Source of the DNA: Eutreptiella sp. 'Long Island Sound 2002'
Lineage: Eukaryota > Protista > Euglenida
DNA length: 64,000 nt
NCBI GenBank assembly: GCA_964036045.1
Contig: OZ038378.1
Span: 170,562,001-170,626,000, forward strand
Direction: 5' to 3'
Under the pieces are notes generated by a model, which did no database searches, had not been told where the DNA came from, and worked only from the letters and a program-made list of their open reading frames with translations. Shown piece after piece: positions 10,929-23,266 of the stretch; position 1 is the stretch's first letter, and every line of letters begins with the position of its first letter. The translations under genes and the position numbers were made by a program.

Positions 10929-13900
10929 AGCGAGTCATCAGCGACAGTGGTACCCCCCCCCCTTGCGCAAGCACGGGCTTGTCCAAGCACAGAGTGGGCG
11001 TTGAAGGTGGTTTTAGGATTCTTTGGGACCGCGGCTTTCTGTGGTCCTGAATGCAGGATTGGGCGTTTGCGTCGCACTTGTAGAGGGGAAGGGGGACCAT
11101 TCGTGTCTGTGATTGTGCATTCTGTTCACAACAACATTGTGCCACACATTGCAACCCCACGCTGTTTGTGTTGATGTGATTTTCGGCCATGGCTAACATT
11201 GCTATTCCCGGCATGGCTGTCATGTACCGTGCTTTGCTGTCGTGTGTGTCGCGCACGAGCAGGAGCTTGTCTAAACACGGGGTGGGCGTTGCACTGCTGT
11301 GTTGCCTGGATTTTTGGGACCGCGGCCTGCGCAGGGGGGGGGGGGGGGGCAAATTACAAATCTTCAGTAAAATTGCAATTGCTGGGTGCCATGTGCTAAA
11401 TGGCATTGACTCCTACTCTGTTGGCGACAATGAGCCAGGGGCCAGAAAACACTGTTAGCCTGCAAAATCAAAGACCGCTTTTTGTTTTGCCTAGTTAATT
11501 TATCCCGTGGATTTTTCTAATGCAACAATGAAGTCGGAAGGTGACCATTTCCCAGAGAGGGCCATGTTACATCAGCTGCAGGAAAATGCAAATGATCGCA
11601 GGTTCACTCTCAAGTGGAATGCACCAACTGTATGGTCACTACCATGTTGTTTGCACATGGTGACAGAGGTCCTGCGAGCTCAACTCAAGACGAGGCACCT
11701 GGAAAACAGAAGCAGTGGGTATGAGATCCAAACCTCTGGGCCTGTGTGCATTCGCTGTCCTTGGCAGGGGGTGCATCATGTGCACGTTGTGCGAAAGCCA
11801 TTCTAAGATCCACAAATAAAACACAAAGCCCCCAAATGTGGCTTCAAATGCAGTAACAATAATTGCAAGTGTTGTTTCCATTGTTTACCCTAAGAGGGGC
11901 TGGAATTAAAGTGTCCACCCTGACTGTTAAAGACAACAGACCCTTTTACCCTTCTCACTGTACGCTCACGGATCATTTGTTGTCCATTCAGTAACCCTAA
12001 TGCCCAACCATCGCTCCAACGGCATCTGGCCTTAGCTAGTCTGGAGGCCTAAGGGCTTCAGCCCATGGACACTCCAGAGGCTATTGCGTATGGGTCTGGC
12101 GCATTGACGCTTGCAATTATTTGCTTTGCATTGATTTTGTTTATGCTGAGTTTTCTCATGTTAGCTCCCACGTCGTCTTTAGTGCATGTATGATTTGGCG
12201 CATCGGGTGCATCGGGCGCATGGGCTATGCTCGTGTTCTTGCATTCCTTCTGACCTTCTTTTTTCTTCACCGTTCTTATCATGTAACCCACTTCCGTTTG
12301 ACGTGATCTTTGTTGATTGTTGCTGTAACGAAACGCAAACACCTCAAGGGCTATCTGCCTGTAGCTTGTGTTCTGTCTGTGCATCGCATCGGGTGGTCGG
12401 CCTGCCAATGGCTTTGGCTGCTGGCTAATCACTAGTCGGACACTCTCTGGGTGATGCACTAGATACACAAAGCGAAATGGGTTCGTGAGGAAACCCCTGC
12501 TTGTACATTCAAGAATTTTGTTTATGCAGTGCGAAGTCCCTCTGCCTCTTGTTGAGGCCATTCCTGCAGATGAGAGAAGGCAGCTCAGGCTGTGTGCTGC
12601 CAATATCGCATGCCCTTAGGTCCAAGTTGTTTGCCAAGAGAGCTTATGATGTCCCCTGTAACCCCAACGGGAATGCAGGTAAATTCGTTTGGTGTGGTAT
12701 GGCCCGTTGCGGCGCCGTAAGGTCACCCCTAACCCCGAGGGAAATTTGCTCCGTAGATAGGTCCTGGGGGGTACCCGGTACCAGTCACCATTCACCAGGA
12801 GGGGGGGAATGAAATCTGCTGAGAGAACACTTGGTAACACTCAGCATGCATTGGCATTGACTGGCAATGTCACTCTTCAACCCCTGAATCAAAGTGCAAA
12901 GTGCATGCTGGAACTGTTATCAAAGGCTGAAACCACAGCCTGTCCTGATTCATTCCACTGCAGGTCCTTTTTGCATACTTGTATGCCCCTCTCTTTGCAG
13001 CGGTAATGGGATTTTTTGTCACAACGGCATCATTATGCCAAGTGACTCGAACTCTATTTGTTTATCACAATTCAATGCGCGTTAAGCCTGCCATATGGCT
13101 GAATCTCTGAATTGTGAGGCCCTCCTCACGGTGAAGACATTGTCAGACAAGAGGTTCATTGCTGGGGTCACCAACCAGTTTTGCCAACAAAGAGGCCAAG
13201 ACAGTAAGATCTTGCATCTTCCAGTGAAGTGAAACGTCTCTGCAACACCTCCCTGAAGCCCAAAAAATGGAAAGGTCCAGTGACCCCTACGCCTACCAAT
13301 ACCGGAAGTTCGAGGGGTGTTCTTCAACGCCTCGAACAGACCGGCAAGTCAGACCATTACGGACCGTGGCATAGCCATGATTGCGCTCCCCAAAAGGGGC
13401 CGTACATTGAATTGTCGGAGGAACAAAAAAAAATGGAAAGCTCCAGTGACCCCTCCATCAGCTCTAGTCAAAAAAGCGCCTACCATGGAGCGCTCTGGAC
13501 ACCCCGGAGTTCGAATTTGAGGGGCCACCCTTGGATTTTCAAAAAGCCTCAAGGCCTCGATCACCACGTATGAAGTCTGAGCGAACCGGGGATTCCTTTG
13601 GGGTCACCTGCTCTTGGCTGCATTTCACGAATTCCATCCGAATGAGAACATCGCCACTGGGTGCATCTGCATATTTTTGTGCTCACAACAACTGATTTGC
13701 ATATTTTGGGTCGAAACTGATGGCAGCAGATTGTTATTGCACCCACCCTGCAGGGCGAAGGCATACTGTTCTAGAAGTGTGTATCCAGTCAAGTTTGGGC
13801 TTCTCGAAAACGTTCAGTACATCAGCCCCCTCAGAAGGTGAGTTCGAAACAAAGTTAAGCGACGTGGTGTGGGCTCGCCCGTCACAATGTGAATCGGCGA

Positions 13901-14115
13901 GACCTTCGTAAGACCTCCTACGGGTGGTATTGAACATCGTTTGGGAACAGCTGCCGGATGCACGTACATTGCGCTGATTGCTGCACCGAACAGTCCCGCC
14001 AAAGTTGTGTAAACCGGGAAATCCGCACCCGCCCCGCCCCCCCCCTTTGCGCATATGGCTGTACATTCGATAGTGGAGCACCCCAACCAAGAAGGGGACA
14101 CCATTGCTGTGCAAG

Positions 14116-14300
14116 GGAATGCCATGCACGCAGTGCGCACGCAGTGCGCACGCAGTGCGCACGCAGTGCAAAGTTTTGGATGTCGGCAAATACTCGAACC
14201 CTAGTTTTGGCTCCTTTTCACAAGTTTTTGGTTCCGTACCAGGGTTTTTTTGGCTTCCCAAGCATTTAGGATGTGGCATATTTGAATTGTCAACCATTTC
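14116..14300 (+). mobile_element. Dispersed ~185-bp element beginning with an 11-bp (GCGCACGCAGT)n array
   Basis: gggaatgccatgcacg...caaagttttggatgtcggcaaatactc...gcatttaggatgtggcatatttgaattgtcaaccattt matches 45686-45850 closely. Confidence 0.8.
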
Positions 14301-14724
14301 CCCCTAGAAGAGGCCCATTGACAAAGTGTACACAGTCGACACGACCCGGATCTCGACGTCGTCATTGTCGACACTGCAGCGAGCCTCGTATCCGTAGAGG
14401 CGGTTCGATTCGCCCTGCAGAGTACTCTTCCGGACAGATAGTACGTGCACCAAAACCTTGGTCGACTTCAAGGTGATTCTCGAACCGAGATGCTCAAGAT
14501 CATCGATCGGTATGGCCACGTCCACAACTGCAAAGAAGTCCACGTGGTCATCGTCGCTTGAAGGCTCTCGATCGCCGATACTCGATGGTGGCGAGTCGAC
14601 ACCAGGACCGGACAGTTCTTCTTCGACGATGCTGTTGGTTATAACTACAACCACAAGTATCGATGGACACCTGGCCAACCCTATGGTATTGACACCTTTC
14701 AGTCTTCCCCCTAGTGAACAGGTG

Positions 14725-14846
14725 ACAGGTATTCTTGGGTGAGTATCCTAGCCTCTGCGTGCACAATATGCACGCAGTGCGCACGCAGTGCGCACGCAGT
14801 GCGCACGCAGTGCACACGCAGTGCGCACGCAGTGCGCACGCAGTGC
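14725..14846 (+). repeat. Second element carrying a (GCGCACGCAGT)n array (about 7 units)
   Basis: attcttgggtgagta-cc-agcctctgc-tgc...tgcacgcagtgcgcac is shared with about 47395-47465. Confidence 0.75.
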
Positions 14847-15045
14847 AAACACTTAGCCCAAGAACCACCGAACTAATGGCTGAAAGTGTCTATGGCGGGG
14901 ACATTCAGTCGATCGTTACCGACCATTGATCCCCTTGCACAAGCGCACTGAAAGTCAGGGAAATGACGGTCAGACCGGGTCCTGTGCTTGGAAAAGGCAG
15001 TACTTGCACAAGGGGGGTACATTGAATTGTTGAAAGATGAAATTT

Positions 15046-15368
15046 CCCACTCTCCCACTCTGATAGTGTATGACATGCAACCTGCTGATTCACCTCGGCC
15101 TTCAATCTTCACTCCGCTGTCTTTTTCAGCCTACAGTCATTGTGCCTCACGCACACTGGGAAGCCTACGGGCGTGGCAGTCTCCCACTGCATAACCTGGT
15201 TTCAGACTCAGCTCATCCTCACTACGTGTCAGATCCGCTACCACAGTCATTTGTGGGATCATCGTAGCACTGGACAGCTCTGAACCTTGATCCCGAGGGG
15301 TCACCTCGAGTACTGTGAATTGAGCAGGCTACGCCAGCTCATCTTGGTCTGAGCCAAAAAAAAAAAAA
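15046..15368 (+). mobile_element. 5'-truncated poly(A) retroposon (family B), 323 bp, with perfect 22-bp TSD
   Basis: GAATTGTTGAAAGATGAAATTT occurs at 15024-15045 and 15369-15390. The insert ends GGTCTGAGCC(A)13. Confidence 0.88.
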
Positions 15369-15948
15369 GAATTGTTGAAAGATGAAATTTTGGTGACCCG
15401 GACTTCCTGGGAATGGGACCTGATGCACCTGATTTTGCCCACAAGGTGTTGCCAGCATATGCACCTCAGCGGTGTACATACCTGTCATCTCACTTGTTCG
15501 CACAGTTGATGGCTACGATCCCAGCTTGAGGTGCTGAGGGGAGCATTGAAAACCTCGTGTGAGACCGTAGGGTGTTGCAGGTTCTGTTGTTGCACTGGGC
15601 AAACGGAAGCAGTGCAATGTAAGGCAACACAGTTTACTATCCCCTTCACTGTGAAGCCGTGAAGCCGTTGCCTAAGCTCAACCATCGCTGAAACAAACTG
15701 AGGGCGCTTTTGGCGCTTCGTGTGATCGCAGTGGGCGCCTGATGCTGCCTTCAGGATGTGCAAGGTGGTACCAGCAAATGCCAGACAAGATTCGTGGACA
15801 GGAGACGTTTTGTGCATACTGAATGTACTGACTTCTTTCCCAGAGCACGCTGTCCTGTGGCCAAGCCTAGACTCTCAGGGGACCGGAGTTTTTCTGCACC
15901 CACATTCACTCAGTGCATTTTTCAAGGAGCCCATGAAATCGCATATGA

Positions 15949-18900
15949 TATGATGACCTGCAATGCATGCCTTGTTGTGCTCTCATCTGAGGGATGGCCT
16001 CGTATGAGAAAGGAGCAACCCAGACTTGCTTTTCATACAGGTGGAGATTGATGAGGTGGGGCCAGAACAACGTTAAACAGATTGTTTGAGACAGCAGGGT
16101 ACTTTTTTTCTGTTTGTTTGTCAAGCGCAGTCTCGTCCATTTCCTTGTGACGCATTGCACACAATCCACGCCCCCCCATGCTGCCCCTTGCAAAAGAGAC
16201 TCAGCACATACGCTTCATACACCACAAACCAGTGCTCGGACGTACAGAGCAGCTGGATGCAGAGAACACGTCGAAGAGGATTGACAATCCCAAACTCCAT
16301 ACCCCGACACATCAGTGCGCTATCAGCCAGAGGTCTGATCTCTCTTGTATGCACCACCCCATGGACCCCCATCCTGCTGAACGTGTCACCGGGACACCAC
16401 AGTAATTGCCCAGGGCTCAAGCAGTCTTAATGCCCCAGTGTATCCCCCAAAAAAGAATTTGCAAACAAAAGCAATTTCCCAGAGGAGAATTTGCTGTGTA
16501 TGATGTGTATTGCAACATTTGTGTTCAGCGTGGTAGTCAGATGTGTATGGGATATTCTGTGAGCGTTGTGTCAGCCACGTGCTGAAGGCCAAATTCGTGT
16601 ATCTAGTGTGTAACCCCCCCCCAAACCATATTGTGTGGTCCATGTACAGGATGCGCACAACCGTGCAGGTTGGGCTGAAGCAGGTGCATTGCACAGCGGA
16701 AGTGGTGCTGTGCAGAGATATTGCGGTGGTGTAGATGGGAGTGCAGGTCGTGAGTGCATGCAGTTTGCCGTTGGCAACGAGAGGCAGTCTGGGAGGTGCA
16801 CTGAGGTGAGGCTTGTGCCTTCCAAGTGGTCTATCTGGGAGGACCTTTGAGTGCGCAGGCAGTGCACAATCAAAGCAACGGGAGATCGGGACCCCCCAAT
16901 CCAAGTCCAAGGCACGGCTGGGGGCATCCATGATAATTCGGGGTGTGGCTGTGCCGCGCTTCTGCTAATGTATTGTGAGAGTCTTCCGGTGAGAAGCCGG
17001 AGGGTGCCAAACCTCCTCGTTCTATGGCCCAAGCACGGCAACGCCCGCCAGCGCTGCTTTTCTTCTGGTGTCCTGCCAGTGCGCCATGTCCAGACGACAC
17101 TAGGTGTTGCCTCCCTACACTCTTGTGTGTGCAGGAGTAACAATGGCCTTGTGCAAACAAAATCGCCGCTGTCTGCGGAAGTGAGGAGGGTATGCCAGCA
17201 GTATCATCCTGCGGCACAAGCAGAGGGTGATGCATTCTTCTGCAGGTACACACACATATATATGCCCCACTGTGTCTATCTTCGCATTCCCCTGCTCATA
17301 CAAACAATGCCGTACTCCCCAGTGTGATTGTCACTCCATCGCTAGCACCCAGCAAGCTCGCAGTGCGGGACAAGGGTGCCGAAGCGATCTGGTGCTGGTG
17401 ACATTGGGGCCTCTGGCCAACGTTTCCACTTGGTTGTCATTCGCCCTGAGCGCAACGAGCAAGGAATACAGAAGTCTGCTACGTTTGCTAGGGGCAGATT
17501 GCACTCCTCCTTCCTGTTGCATCTTTAGCCAACCCCCCTCTTGCTCTCGTCTCCTGTCTGACGTCCATCACTAAATCCCTCCGTAACCTCAACAGGGCCT
17601 GTTTCGCGGCGGCGCTCTACTTTAATGAGACAATAGTTTTCTAAAGCACAAAGGCTCCAAAGCCGCTTCCCACGAGGAGTGTAATGTATGGCAGGTGTGA
17701 CAGCAATTCTCTTTGCTCCCGATCCTTCACCCACGGTGTAAAGCTGTGCACAGGGGGCGCCTTAAGCACAATGTGCGTGCAAGGCGCGCGCAGTGCAACT
17801 ATTTGGGTGTTTGGCCACAGTAGAACCCATACTTTGGTACTTTGGGCATCATTGTTCTTTGATAGTAGGTTTTGATGCATTGGGGATCTAGCATTTTTGG
17901 ATGTTCACCCTGTTTCACCCATTTCTACTGTTTTGCACAAATTTTTCCCATTTCCACCACATCTACTCTTTTTCTCGGTTGATTGATATGGTGATACACT
18001 TTCAGGGTGCCTGCTACGGGACATCATACTTCCCTCCTCATTTCTCAGGCCCACTTTCTCCATGGATCTCAGTATTGGGGATAGGGTGTTCTACACCCAC
18101 TCCAATGGCCTGCAACCTCCTGCCACGGTGGTTGGGACGGCTGAAGACGGACTCCTCCACTTGGAATACTACCAAGATGGGTTGAGAGTGGTGAATTGGC
18201 AATGCAAGATGGAGTCCATCTCCTTTGCCATCCCAAGTTCAGACTCGCCACCTGACTGCCCTCCATCTCCGCCGCCCAACACACAGTCAAGTTCCCCCCC
18301 AAAGGCCCTTGGTCCTTCACCACTGCCACAAGAACCGGGAAGGTCCCCCTCAAGGTCCCCTCCAGTCCAGTTTGGGTCGCCTAATTCTATGATGACCTGC
18401 AATGCATGCCTTGTTGTGCTCTCATCTGAGGGATGGCCTCGTATGAGAAAGGAGCAACCCAGACTTGCTTTTCATACAGGTGGAGATTGATGAGGTGGGG
18501 CCAGAACAACGTTAAACAGATTGTTTGAGACAGCAGGGTACTTTTTTTCTGTTTGTTTGTCAAGCGCAGTCTCGTCCATTTCCTTGTGACGCATTGCACA
18601 CAATCCACGCCCCCCCATGCTGCCCCTTGCAAAAGAGACTCAGCACATACGCTTCATACACCACAAACCAGTGCTCGGACGTACAGAGCAGCTGGATGCA
18701 GAGAACACGTCGAAGAGGATTGACAATCCCAAACTCCATACCCCGACACATCAGTGCGCTATCAGCCAGAGGTCTGATCTCTCTTGTATGCACCACCCCA
18801 TGGACCCCCATCCTGCTGAACGTGTCACCGGGACACCACAGTAATTGCCCAGGGCTCAAGCAGTCTTAATGCCCCAGTGTATCCCCCAAAAAAGAATTTG

Positions 18901-21900
18901 CAAACAAAAGCAATTTCCCAGAGGAGAATTTGCTGTGTATGATGTGTATTGCAACATTTGTGTTCAGCGTGGTAGTCAGATGTGTATGGGATATTCTGTG
19001 AGCGTTGTGTCAGCCACGTGCTGAAGGCCAAATTCGTGTATCCAGTGTGTAACCCCCCCCCAAACCATATTGTGTGGTCCATGTACAGGATGCGCACAAC
19101 CGTGCAGGTTGGGCTGAAGCAGGTGCATTGCACAGCGGAAGTGGTGCTGTGCAGAGATATTGCGGTGGTGTAGATGGGAGTGCAGGTCGTGAGTGCATGC
19201 AGTTTGCCGTTGGCAACGAGAGGCAGTCTGGGAGGTGCACTGAGGTGAGGCTTGTGCCTTCCAAGTGGTCTATCTGGGAGGACCTTTGAGTGCGCAGGCA
19301 GTGCACAATCAAAGCAACGGGAGATCGGGACCCCCCAATCCAAGTCCAAGGCACGGCTGGGGGCATCCATGATAATTCGGGGTGTGGCTGTGCCGCGCTT
19401 CTGCTAATGTATTGTGAGAGTCTTCCGGTGAGAAGCCGGAGGGTGCCAAACCTCCTCGTTCTATGGCCCAAGCACGGCAACGCCCGCCAGCGCTGCTTTT
19501 CTTCTGGTGTCCTGCCAGTGCGCCATGTCCAGACGACACTAGGTGTTGCCTCCCTACACTCTTGTGTGTGCAGGAGTAACAATGGCCTTGTGCAAACAAA
19601 ATCGCCGCTGTCTGCGGAAGTGAGGAGGGTATGCCAGCAGTATCATCCTGCGGCACAAGCAGAGGGTGATGCATTCTTCTGCAGGTACACACACATATAT
19701 ATGCCCCACTGTGTCTATCTTCGCATTCCCCTGCTCATACAAACAATGCCGTACTCCCCAGTGTGATTGTCACTCCATCGCTAGCACCCAGCAAGCTCGC
19801 AGTGCGGGACAAGGGTGCCGAAGCGATCTGGTGCTGGTGACATTGGGGCCTCTGGCCAACGTTTCCACTTGGTTGTCATTCGCCCTGAGCGCAACGAGCA
19901 AGGAATACAGAAGTCTGCTACGTTTGCTAGGGGCAGATTGCACTCCTCCTTCCTGTTGCATCTTTAGCCAACCCCCCTCTTGCTCTCGTCTCCTGTCTGA
20001 CGTCCATCACTAAATCCCTCCGTAACCTCAACAGGGCCTGTTTCGCGGCGGCGCTCTACTTTAATGAGACAATAGTTTTCTAAAGCACAAAGGCTCCAAA
20101 GCCGCTTCCCACGAGGAGTGTAATGTATGGCAGGTGTGACAGCAATTCTCTTTGCTCCCGATCCTTCACCCACGGTGTAAAGCTGTGCACAGGGGGCGCC
20201 TTAAGCACAATGTGCGTGCAAGGCGCGCGCAGTGCAACTATTTGGGTGTTTGGCCACAGTAGAACCCATACTTTGGTACTTTGGGCATCATTGTTCTTTG
20301 ATAGTAGGTTTTGATGCATTGGGGATCTAGCATTTTTGGATGTTCACCCTGTTTCACCCATTTCTACTGTTTTGCACAAATTTTTCCCATTTCCACCACA
20401 TCTACTCTTTTTCTCGGTTGATTGATATGGTGATACACTTTCAGGGTGCCTGCTACGGGACATCATACTTCCCTCCTCATTTCTCAGGCCCACTTTCTCC
20501 ATGGATCTCAGTATTGGGGATAGGGTGTTCTACACCCACTCCAATGGCCTGCAACCTCCTGCCACGGTGGTTGGGACGGCTGAAGACGGACTCCTGCACT
20601 TGGAATACTACCAAGATGGGTTGAGAGTGGTGAATTGGCAATGCAAGATGGAGTCCATCTCCTTTGCCATCCCAAGTTCAGACTCGCCACCTGACTGCCC
20701 TCCATCTCCGCCGCCCAACACACAGTCAAGTTCCCCCCCAAAGGCCCTTGGTCCTTCACCACTGCCACAAGAACCGGGAAGGTCCCCCTCAAGGTCCCCT
20801 CCAGTCCAGTTTGGGTCGCCTAATTCTATGATGACCTGCAATGCATGCCTTGTTGTGCTCTCATCTGAGGGATGGCCTCGTATGAGAAAGGAGCAACCCA
20901 GACTTGCTTTTCATACAGGTGGAGATTGATGAGGTGGGGCCAGAACAACGTTAAACAGATTGTTTGAGACAGCAGGGTACTTTTTTTCTGTTTGTTTGTC
21001 AAGCGCAGTCTCGTCCATTTCCTTGTGACGCATTGCACACAATCCACGCCCCCCCATGCTGCCCCTTGCAAAAGAGACTCAGCACATACGCTTCATACAC
21101 CACAAACCAGTGCTCGGACGTACAGAGCAGCTGGATGCAGAGAACACGTCGAAGAGGATTGACAATCCCAAACTCCATACCCCGACACATCAGTGCGCTA
21201 TCAGCCAGAGGTCTGATCTCTCTTGTATGCACCACCCCATGGACCCCCATCCTGCTGAACGTGTCACCGGGACACCACAGTAATTGCCCAGGGCTCAAGC
21301 AGTCTTAATGCCCCAGTGTATCCCCCAAAAAAGAATTTGCAAACAAAAGCAATTTCCCAGAGGAGAATTTGCTGTGTATGATGTGTATTGCAACATTTGT
21401 GTTCAGCGTGGTAGTCAGATGTGTATGGGATATTCTGTGAGCGTTGTGTCAGCCACGTGCTGAAGGCCAAATTCGTGTATCCAGTGTGTAACCCCCCCCC
21501 AAACCATATTGTGTGGTCCATGTACAGGATGCGCACAACCGTGCAGGTTGGGCTGAAGCAGGTGCATTGCACAGCGGAAGTGGTGCTGTGCAGAGATATT
21601 GCGGTGGTGTAGATGGGAGTGCAGGTCGTGAGTGCATGCAGTTTGCCGTTGGCAACGAGAGGCAGTCTGGGAGGTGCACTGAGGTGAGGCTTGTGCCTTC
21701 CAAGTGGTCTATCTGGGAGGACCTTTGAGTGCGCAGGCAGTGCACAATCAAAGCAACGGGAGATCGGGACCCCCCAATCCAAGTCCAAGGCACGGCTGGG
21801 GGCATCCATGATAATTCGGGGTGTGGCTGTGCCGCGCTTCTGCTAATGTATTGTGAGAGTCTTCCGGTGAGAAGCCGGAGGGTGCCAAACCTCCTCGTTC

Positions 21901-23266
21901 TATGGCCCAAGCACGGCAACGCCCGCCAGCGCTGCTTTTCTTCTGGTGTCCTGCCAGTGCGCCATGTCCAGACGACACTAGGTGTTGCCTCCCTACACTC
22001 TTGTGTGTGCAGGAGTAACAATGGCCTTGTGCAAACAAAATCGCCGCTGTCTGCGGAAGTGAGGAGGGTATGCCAGCAGTATCATCCTGCGGCACAAGCA
22101 GAGGGTGATGCATTCTTCTGCAGGTACACACACATATATATGCCCCACTGTGTCTATCTTCGCATTCCCCTGCTCATACAAACAATGCCGTACTCCCCAG
22201 TGTGATTGTCACTCCATCGCTAGCACCCAGCAAGCTCGCAGTGCGGGACAAGGGTGCCGAAGCGATCTGGTGCTGGTGACATTGGGGCCTCTGGCCAACG
22301 TTTCCACTTGGTTGTCATTCGCCCTGAGCGCAACGAGCAAGGAATACAGAAGTCTGCTACGTTTGCTAGGGGCAGATTGCACTCCTCCTTCCTGTTGCAT
22401 CTTTAGCCAACCCCCCTCTTGCTCTCGTCTCCTGTCTGACGTCCATCACTAAATCCCTCCGTAACCTCAACAGGGCCTGTTTCGCGGCGGCGCTCTACTT
22501 TAATGAGACAATAGTTTTCTAAAGCACAAAGGCTCCAAAGCCGCTTCCCACGAGGAGTGTAATGTATGGCAGGTGTGACAGCAATTCTCTTTGCTCCCGA
22601 TCCTTCACCCACGGTGTAAAGCTGTGCACAGGGGGCGCCTTAAGCACAATGTGCGTGCAAGGCGCGCGCAGTGCAACTATTTGGGTGTTTGGCCACAGTA
22701 GAACCCATACTTTGGTACTTTGGGCATCATTGTTCTTTGATAGTAGGTTTTGATGCATTGGGGATCTAGCATTTTTGGATGTTCACCCTGTTTCACCCAT
22801 TTCTACTGTTTTGCACAAATTTTTCCCATTTCCACCACATCTACTCTTTTTCTCGGTTGATTGATATGGTGATACACTTTCAGGGTGCCTGCTACGGGAC
22901 ATCATACTTCCCTCCTCATTTCTCAGGCCCACTTTCTCCATGGATCTCAGTATTGGGATAGGGTGTTCTACACCCACTCCAATGGCCTGCAACCTCCTGC
23001 CACGGTGGTTGGGACGGCTGAAGACGGACTCCTCCACTTGGAATACTACCAAGATGGGTTGAGAGTGGTGAATTGGCAATGCAAGATGGAGTCCATCTCC
23101 TTTGCCATCCCAAGTTCAGACTCGCCACCTGACTGCCCTCCATCTCCGCCGCCCAACACACAGTCAAGTTCCCCCCCAAAGGCCCTTGGTCCTTCACCAC
23201 TGCCACAAGAACCGGGAAGGTCCCCCTCAAGGTCCCCTCCAGTCCAGTTTGGGTCGCCTAATTCTA
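15949..23266. repeat. Tandem triplication of a 2439-bp unit
   Basis: Unit start TATGATGACCTGCAATG at 15949, 18388 and 20827, and ORF sets recur at +2439. Differences seen: one C/T (copy 1), one C/G (copy 2), one 1-bp G deletion (copy 3). Confidence 0.97.
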
